Virus record (IMG/VR): IMGVR_UViG_3300025168_000065
DNA from: an uncultured virus (IMG/VR IMGVR_UViG_3300025168_000065)
Lineage: Duplodnaviria; Heunggongvirae; Uroviricota; Caudoviricetes; Crassvirales
Reading direction: 5' to 3' (one strand)
Length of the DNA stretch: 64,000 bases
In this document: positions 10,112 to 18,700 of the stretch, one piece after another
How positions within the stretch are numbered: position 1 is the stretch's first letter
Layout of the letters: the number at the start of each line of letters is the position of its first letter
Made by a program: the position numbers and the translations under genes
The notes under the pieces: generated by a model
Told to the model about the DNA's origin: nothing
Seen by the model: the letters and a program-made list of their open reading frames with translations, nothing else
Databases searched by the model: none

Positions 10112-10586
10112 CACTTACTATAATATAGAGGTAAACTCTTCATTAAAAACTGATCGGTTAGTAAAAGCCAGGGCAATTTGCTATAAAATATTAAAGGAAG
10201 ACTGTCATATGTCTTATACTTTTATTGGATTTTCTTTTAAGAAAAACCATGCAACTATTATGCATTCTATAAAAGGAATAAAATGGATGTTTCAATCTGA
10301 CAAGCAAATGGAAAGAGACTACCATAATATAAAAGCAATATGGTTAGAGGAGTCCACCGATTATGTAGAGCTTAAACCTATTGAATTAAAAAAACAATTA
10401 AATTTGTTGCAAGAACAAAATAAAATGTTAAATTTGTCACTAATTAATGTTCAAGAAAAGTGTGAAGAACTGTTAAAACACACTAAAAAATATAAGTCTG
10501 TAGTAGATATGATAGAAGAGAGAGTCCCTGAACAAAGAATAAAAGAAGTAGAATTAAAATTAAACCAAGTAATAAACGGACTATAA
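10071..10586 (+). CDS. second DnaA domain IV-like HTH protein with C-terminal coiled coil
   Basis: VKARAICYKIL, IGFSFKKNHATIMHS motifs. Confidence 0.75.
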   Translation: MERLKVDAIKNIVNTYYNIEVNSSLKTDRLVKARAICYKILKEDCHMSYTFIGFSFKKNHATIMHSIKGIKWMFQSDKQMERDYHNIKAIWLEESTDYVELKPIELKKQLNLLQEQNKMLNLSLINVQEKCEELLKHTKKYKSVVDMIEERVPEQRIKEVELKLNQVINGL

Positions 10587-10589
10587 AAA

Positions 10590-10781
10590 ATGTCAAGAGT
10601 AGCAGAAGAAGATCAAAAACAAATCACCCATATTAAATATATTTGTAATAATATTCATGACTTTGGAGATGATCTTTATGAGGAATTAATGGATAGGGAT
10701 TATAATAAAGCAAAAGAAAAGGCTGAGGAATTAGTAAAAGAATTAAAAGATTTAATAATATCAATGTCCGATGAGGTTTAA
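10590..10781 (+). CDS. small helical hypothetical protein
   Basis: 63-aa ORF, operon packing. Confidence 0.6.
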   Translation: MSRVAEEDQKQITHIKYICNNIHDFGDDLYEELMDRDYNKAKEKAEELVKELKDLIISMSDEV

Positions 10782-10814
10782 AAAAATAATAGTAGTATGG
10801 CCTTCTTATAGTTA

Positions 10815-11159
10815 ATGGCTTATAAAGATAAAAAAGATCAAGCTGCTGCTTCTAAACGTCACTATGAAGCTAATAAAAAAAAGATAAAAAAAAGATCTTA
10901 TTTAAGAAATAAAAGTCAAAGAAGAAAAGCTAAAGAATATATTGATGCAATTAAAAGTATATCAGAATGTAAAGATTGCGGAGAAAATAATCCATTAGTT
11001 TTAGACTTTGATCATGTAAGAGGAAAAAAAATAATGTGCATTTCAAATATGGTTAGAAATTCTTACAGCATAGAAACCATACAAAAAGAAATAGAAAAGT
11101 GTGAAATAAGATGTGCTAATTGCCATAGAGTAGTAACTCATAAAAGAATAAAAAAATGA
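10815..11159 (+). CDS. HNH endonuclease
   Basis: CKDCG, LDFDH and CANCH motifs. Confidence 0.85.
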   Translation: MAYKDKKDQAAASKRHYEANKKKIKKRSYLRNKSQRRKAKEYIDAIKSISECKDCGENNPLVLDFDHVRGKKIMCISNMVRNSYSIETIQKEIEKCEIRCANCHRVVTHKRIKK

Positions 11160-11413
11160 CAGACAAAGAATTATTAATGGAAGTATTAGCAGAGAACGAA
11201 TGTTTATTAGCTGATGGTTATGAGACAGCATTAATTGGTATAACAGAAGGTGTGAATCCAGTAGCTGTATATGATACTCAGCTTTGTATTAAATGTTTAA
11301 TGAAGGAAGATAATATGAGTGCAGAAGATGCTATAAATTTTTTTTATTACAACACAGTGAGTGCTCATGTTGGAGATAAGACACCTATATATATAAATAC
11401 TTATGAAAAATAG
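11156..11413 (+). CDS. conserved phage hypothetical protein
   Basis: ADGYETALIG, AVYD and YNTVSAHVGDKTP motifs. Confidence 0.7.
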   Translation: MTDKELLMEVLAENECLLADGYETALIGITEGVNPVAVYDTQLCIKCLMKEDNMSAEDAINFFYYNTVSAHVGDKTPIYINTYEK

Positions 11414-11957
11414 AAAAACTAAATATAATTTAATTCATTTTAATAAAGAAACTGTATCCAATGGATTTAGTGATATTCCTAATATTATAAAAGATGTTTG
11501 TAATTTAAAACCATTAGAAGAGACGGAGGGTTGTATAAGAACTCTGGAAGATAAAGTTGTAGCAATTTATTTTTGGGTGACATCTGATATACAAAAGAGA
11601 GCTATTGTTAAATTTACTATAAAAGAAAATAATCTTGCTTTTGATTCTATATATATACGAAGAGAGTTAATAAATAAAAAAGAGTTTGGTGAGATGGAAA
11701 ATTCAAAAGACTACAGGTACGATGAGAATCTTAATTTAATAGCCACTTACGATTTTAGTTTAGAGTCTATATTTTGTATTCAAAATAAAGGTAAAAAAAA
11801 TACCAAAAGCTACACCTCTTTTCCACAAGAAAAGTATGTAAACAAACCCTTACAAGATTGTTCTAATAAATATTTAACTCAAGCATTAAGTAATGAAACC
11901 TTTAGTGCTTTTCATACAACTAAAAATTCTAACGAAATATACTGGCTTATACAATGA
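11403..11957 (+). CDS. hypothetical protein
   Basis: 184-aa ORF overlapping both neighbours. Confidence 0.6.
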   Translation: MKNRKTKYNLIHFNKETVSNGFSDIPNIIKDVCNLKPLEETEGCIRTLEDKVVAIYFWVTSDIQKRAIVKFTIKENNLAFDSIYIRRELINKKEFGEMENSKDYRYDENLNLIATYDFSLESIFCIQNKGKKNTKSYTSFPQEKYVNKPLQDCSNKYLTQALSNETFSAFHTTKNSNEIYWLIQ

Positions 11958-12337
11958 ATAAACAAATTGCAAAAGAATTAAATGAGTTTAGTAAAGTAAT
12001 TGCTAAAAGGTTTTCACGTACAGATAGAGAGGGAAATGTAAGTGGAGAATCCTTTATAGTAGAAGAGGTTATACCAACATCTGACCATACTGCTGTTATT
12101 AATTTTAAAAAGAGTAGCGGTAAAATAGGAGTAGCATTTTGTTATTATATAACTAAAGGAATGTCTAAGGGTTGGAAATATTTCTTTCCTACAGACTCAC
12201 ACCTTAATGGATTCCAAGCATTCTTATATTACAAGTTAGATGCTGAGCGTAGAAATTATGATAAGAATTTTTTAGTTGACCAGTATAATAGAAACAGATC
12301 ACCAGAAGATCAAATAAAATCAGAACATGAAATATAA
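11954..12337 (+). CDS. hypothetical protein
   Basis: 127-aa ORF with ATGA overlap. Confidence 0.7.
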   Translation: MNKQIAKELNEFSKVIAKRFSRTDREGNVSGESFIVEEVIPTSDHTAVINFKKSSGKIGVAFCYYITKGMSKGWKYFFPTDSHLNGFQAFLYYKLDAERRNYDKNFLVDQYNRNRSPEDQIKSEHEI

Positions 12338-12521
12338 AACAATTAAGTGGGTTCTTGCAACTAATATTAAAAAGAATGTAAATACACTATGGACGTGGGA
12401 TAGGGAGGAAAATAACTTTACTCAAATCTATCAGAACTATAATGATAAACTCCCTATCTACACTGCCACTCAGTTATTAGAATTAATAGATAAAGAAATT
12501 AAAGAGACTGCTTCGCTTTAA
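12327..12521 (+). CDS. hypothetical protein (last plus-strand gene)
   Basis: 64-aa ORF converging on the late operon. Confidence 0.6.
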   Translation: MKYKTIKWVLATNIKKNVNTLWTWDREENNFTQIYQNYNDKLPIYTATQLLELIDKEIKETASL

Positions 12522-12732
12522 GAAGTTCAGCACACTTCTCATACTCCTCTGTATAAGTAAAGTATTCTATTAAAGTATCATAAAGATCACATTCCATTGG
12601 AACAATCTTTTTTTTAGGATTAAACATAAGAACTAAATCAGCTGTATCAGATATTAATTCATCTAAAGTTTTTTTTCCTAACAGTAAATTATAGCTGTGT
12701 CTCATACATTGGTCCTCATTAAATTTATTCAT
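12499..12732 (-). CDS. small protein with UVR-like C-terminal motif
   Basis: EEYEKCAELLK motif; directly follows the giant ORF. Confidence 0.65.
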   Translation of the reverse strand: MNKFNEDQCMRHSYNLLLGKKTLDELISDTADLVLMFNPKKKIVPMECDLYDTLIEYFTYTEEYEKCAELLKAKQSL

Positions 12733-12733
12733 A

Positions 12734-15700
12734 TTATTTCATTGGGTTATCGGAATTCATAGGATCTTTTCCTAACATAGGATTTGTTTTATCATTCATT
12801 GGATCTTCTGAGTTCATAGGATCTCCAGAAATCATAGGGTTACTACCTGCTTTTTTCTTTGCTTTTCTTTTACTTTTTTTATTACGTTTTCTTTCTGCTT
12901 CGTTTTGTATTTGATACTCACTGAAGTTAAACAAACGCATAATTACTTTAGCTGGATCCTCTCCTCCTTCAATAAGTTGTTCCATATTTTTAAATATCTT
13001 ACGAACATTATTTACAGGAAGACCTGTGATCTGAGATGTCTCTGCTAAAGCTTTATACAAAGCCTCTTGTTTTTTCTTAGGATCTTTAGTGTCCCTGTAT
13101 CTTGCAAACCTGTTGAAAACTTCCTCTCCCTGTGTTAGGACAGGAAGGTTTTTAAATTGTAAAAATCTCGCAGGTTTACCAATAATAAGGTCTTTTATTT
13201 TAACAGCAAACTCTCCATAAATAAATAAAGCATTTATATTTCCAAGTATAGCAGCTGTCCCTAAATCTTTTGCATCTTCATCTTCCCAGTCGGCTAACAA
13301 ACCTGGCATTCCATTTGCTACAAACTGAAAGAACACAGGCATAATTACATGATAGGTTAAAAATATACGAGCCGCATCTGTCTTTGTTCCTTTACCTGAC
13401 TTACCTCCTGAAGATGCAAGCCTATACATATTACGAATACCATAAACTTCTTTTCTTAAGTATTGTTTAGGAGTGGTTAAGAACATATTAAGTGCTCTAA
13501 ATATTGGGCCTCTGGTTTGATAGTAGTCTCTATCTTGTAAGTCAGTAGACTGCTGAGATCGTTTAGTGTCTCTTTCAAATTTAACAATAGCCTCATCAAT
13601 TGCTTCCTGTTCTGTCTTACCAGCTTCTAATGCTTTGTTTTTATAGTACACATAGTTAGGAACTCCTCCTAAATAAATTGCACCTCTATCTCCTACCTTT
13701 GTAGTATACATTAAAATATTTATAAGAGATTCTTTATTAGCTCCAGTCATTAATCTTTTACCCCCTATTGTTATATCAGGAAAGACTGACTCCATAGCAT
13801 CATCCGAGTACATCTCAATAGCCTTAGTCATACTCTTAGCATCCCTGTCTTGTAGGTAGGTAGAGTTTTCTGATATCTCTTTCCATATAGCTTTTACATC
13901 TTTACCTTTACCAAATCTACTTAAAGCAGCGTTCTTCATCCAATTACCATAACCTATATCTGATGCGTAAGTTATGAATGATGTTAACTGCTTAAGAGTT
14001 ACTACAGGATTAATACCTAAACGAGATAATATAAATAAATCCTGCATAATATCTACAGCATTATCCATTTGAGCATTTTCTTTAAATGTTCCTTTATTAG
14101 CTATCTTTTGAATAGCCGCTGTAATAGCATCCATAGTAGGTTTACCATGTAACCTTTCAATCTCTGACTTTATAACGTCATTAGTAAATAATTTATTGAT
14201 ATCATTAACAGGACGTGCATAAGCTGAAAAGTATTCCATGTCTCTCATGTAAGTATAAAGAACATTAGTACCATCCATAGGTCTAATTTTTTTCTTATTC
14301 TGCTCTCTCATTTTAGTAGAGTTAGCAGCTACTACATTATGGTATTGGATTTTACCACCATCAGCCCCTGGTATAAGATTAACACCTTCCGCTTCTTGCC
14401 CTTCTCTATAAACCATACCTGCATAGTTTACATTATATGGCATCTGAGTTCTGTATATATCTTGATAAGCTTCATTGTAATGATTATAAAGCATAGGGTA
14501 TAATATTTCTACTTGCCAGTCTGCAAACTCTTTTAAGTTCTTATATTGTTCAGACTCTAATCGGGTAGTTATTTCATTCATTACTTTAGCAACACCCTTT
14601 TCATCTGTGCTAAAAGTTTTTTGTAATCCTGGATGATTAGCAGAGTCTTTATACTGGTTGTATAAGTAATACATTTGATTAGGAGATAAAACCATCTCTG
14701 TTCCATCAGGCAAGACAAAAGCCTCAGTCTTTCTACCAAAAGATGTTACTATAGATTTATATTTTTTACCAAACAACTCTTGAAATTTAGAAATTATTAA
14801 TGCATCATTCATTAACATTCTCCCTTTCATCTCACGATTAGCAGCGTCAATTTTTTTAGTTACCTCTTCTTGAGTATTACCCTCAAATAATTCTGCAGGT
14901 AATAAAGATATTTTATCCATTAATAAAAATAGATCAGAGTTCTTAGCCATAACATTTCCTAATCTTTGTATAATATTATTACCTAATTTTTTAAATCTAT
15001 TTTTTACTTTTTCAATTTTTGCAGTTTCTCTGGCTCTGGTATCTTTAGTTTCTTTAATATTCTCAATGATATCAGTTATTTTATCTTGTATCTCTGCTTC
15101 AGTTGGGTTCTCAACACCTTCCTCTTTTAATTGTTTTTTAGCCTGATCCTTAAAGCTTTCAGTTCTTCCTGTTACATCTAAGAAAACTTGCTCAAATTGT
15201 CTTTGATATTCTAAATGTGCTTTTCTTAATTGCTCTTTAAGTATAGTTCTACCTGCTGTAATTATTTGTTTTAACTCTGTCTCCACTCCAGCTAACACAT
15301 TAACTTTAGTAATGTCTTCATTAGACATTAAGTTATTGGCTTTAACCATATTCATAATGATTTGCAGATCAGCCATCGCAGTATAATCACCTTCGGTTTT
15401 TTCAGGTTGCTTATTAATATTATCGTACTCAGTCTCTAATTTATATATGTATTCTAATACTTTATCCTGAGTAGCTAAACTACCATCATCTATTCTTTTC
15501 TTTAAAGATGCTAATCTTTTTCTTGTAGTCTCATCTATCTTAACACCTTTAAGAATATTACTTATTTTCTTGAGAGTATTTTTAGGATCTAATAAATCAT
15601 CAATAGACTTATGTAGTCTTACATTGTTTTTTTGAGCAGCAAACTCCATAACTTCATTCATTATTTCATTAATGTTATCTTTATTAGCTTGCTCAATCTT

Positions 15701-18700
15701 TCTCATTAACTTAATAGCTTCTGACTTACTATATATATCTGCAGGTAAAGTCTTACGCATAAAGTTTCTAAGCTCTCTTTGTATTTTTCTTAATTCTTTT
15801 TTACCTTTAGTCTTAGCTCTTAATATTATTCTGGCTTTACGGATAGCCGCATTCAAGTTTGTACTTTGCTTACCACCTAAAGCTTTAGCAACATCCATTT
15901 CTAATACCATCTGCTCAGTAGAAATTCCTTTCAGTACAGCATCAGCCATTTTTTTATACTCAGGCTGTGCTCTTAAGAAATCCATAGCCTGATCCATTAT
16001 CTCTTGTTCTGATAGTTTGGTTTTAGCTTTAGCATTTTTAGTTATTAACTTATTATAATGATTAGAAACTTTATTAAATAATTTAATACCAGCCTTCATA
16101 CCCCCTACTATATTACCCATTGATGGTGGTATAATACTAAGAAGGTCTGCATTTACTTTCATTAAGTCTCTAACCTCAGTCTTAGTAAACTTTCTTACTC
16201 TTGTTAAGTAATCAAGAATAGCAGGATCTGTAAAGTTTAAGTCTCTTGCTTTATTAATTATCTGTAATGGTGTATCAAACTTATTAAAAGTCTTTTGTGC
16301 TTTCTCATCTACACTTCTTTGTGCTTTTTCTTTAGTAGGTGTATATACCTTACCATCTGGTTGGATTAATTTATATCCAGTAAGCTCACCTATATCTCCT
16401 CTTTTTACTTCTACTTTGAACCCTAATGAGTTTGCCCAGTCTTCTAAAGCTACTCTATTAACTCCTGGCTTATTAAAGATAACACCATTCTTTTTCATCT
16501 CATACATCTTAGCCAGTCTATCTACTGAAGCTTTCTGTGCTTTTTCAGTAGCAGGTTTAGTAATAGACTTAACCGCTGTACCTACAGCTCCACCATAGGG
16601 AGCTATACTTGAAGTTTGTTCCGAAATACCTTTACCTTCTATTTTTGCTTTAATAGCTTCAGGCATTATTTCTTTTGCATTTAATTTAATATCAGGTACC
16701 CCTACAACTTCACCTAATATATCATAAGCATAAGTAGAGTGATTGGATTTACCACCTACAGAAGTTGGTTTTAACACCATCATAATATCATTCTGAGCAA
16801 ATTCGTTTTCTTTATAGAAACCATCTCTTAAAGATTGTAAATCTACAAATCCACCTAATGTATTTACCAGTGCATGAAATTTAGTATTAGGTTTTTTAGA
16901 TTGTTCATTTACTGCTATTAAAAAAGTTTTTCTTTTAGGGCTTCTTCTCATCGCAGGCCAGCTATCAAACTCTTCTAAAGTTTCTCTAATATTTTTAACT
17001 GGATTAGTTGCTAATGCTTTTTTCTTAAATGTATTATAATCACCTAAGTTATTAGCATACTTATCAAATACTTTTTTGTTAAATAACTTACTGGTTTCTG
17101 GAGAACCACTTATAATAAATATAAAATCAGCAGCAGTTATATTTTTGTCTAATTTTTTAGTATCTAAACCACTTGCCCATATAGCTCCTTTCTTTATATT
17201 TTCAGGTTGTAATGCAAAACTTGGACCTGCATCCATACCATTACCTAATCCTAATTGATCCGCTACCCAAAACCAAACTTTCTGGTCATTCTTAATTATG
17301 TTATCTACTAATCCTAATAAATCAATCTTATTTTTAGGAGTAACTAAAGACATATCATAAGACTTCTTAAAATCTATCTGAGGCTTTTCTGTTTTAGATG
17401 GTTTATTAATAGTGGTTGGAGTTCCAATAGGAGCTGTTCCGTCATCTATCACTTCTATATCTCCTTCTGTAACTTCTGTTCCCTCTCTTACTTTCTTAGA
17501 TACTGTGTTGAAGAACTCAATCATATCAGCCTCTTCCTTAGTAAACTCTGTTATGTTAACAGGTAAACCAACAGCTTTAGCTGCTTTCTGTAACCATCTC
17601 TTTACTATATTTTTAGTTGGCCCATCTAACTGCGTATAAGCTGCAGATAAATATCCAAACAACTCAGACACTTGCTCTTCATTTTGTTCTTCAATAGCAT
17701 AGTCTTTAGCAAAATCTTCTATAACTTCTTTTAAATTAGAATCTTTAGGCATTGCTTTTACTACAGCATCTAACATTCTCTTTGTAACTTTATTAAAGTC
17801 TGCATTGATTCCCAGTTTCTTTAATAGCACTGCGTGCATAACCTCATGGGCAACAGTTCTGGTATTAGCCTTAGGAGCGTTGATATGAATAGTATTAGTT
17901 GTGGGAGAAAAGGTTCCTCGTGTTCCTTTGTTTGCCGCACTAACTGCTTGATTATAAGCGTCTTCTGTAGCGTGAAGCACAATATTGGCATTAGGCATTA
18001 ACTTAGCAATAGCCTTACCTGCATTCTTAGCTTGTCTTAATAAAGAAGGAAGAATCCTTACTGCTTTAGGATCACCTGCAGTTTCAGTTACACTTACATT
18101 TTCACTTACACTTACACCTGGTAGTGTTACCTTTGTCCCATCATTTTTTTCTATAGTAACATTATCATTTTCACTATCTACTTCAACTCCTTTAGTTTTA
18201 ACCTTAGAATCAGTTTGTTCAGGAGTTCCTTCTTGCTCCTGCATACCTGTTTGTTCATTAAATATAGATGTTAAATCTTCTACTTCCTCTTGCGTCTGCG
18301 AGTCAATATCTGTTTCACTTTCGATACTTTCCTGGGCAGGCTCCCCTTGGGTGTCTCGCTCTCCCACTTCTTGGCTACCCTCGGTAGATTCTTGTACATC
18401 CACTTTCTTTGGGCTTGACTTTTGAATGGCATCTCTTTTAGTTTTAATTTGTTCAGGAGTTGGGTTCTCTACTCCCTCCTCTTTTAATTCATTTATTGCC
18501 TGAGTATTTAACTCAGTCTCTTGTGCTTCTTGTTGGTTTTGTATATTACCAGATCGAACTATTCTTTCTACATCATTCTCTAAATCTAACAACTCTTGTT
18601 GTTGTCTTTTAGTTAATTGTTTATTATATTTATCTATATCATCTTGAAGTTCTTGCTGTCTTAAAAGATTACCAAGTAACTCTTTCTTTTGATTAGTAGG

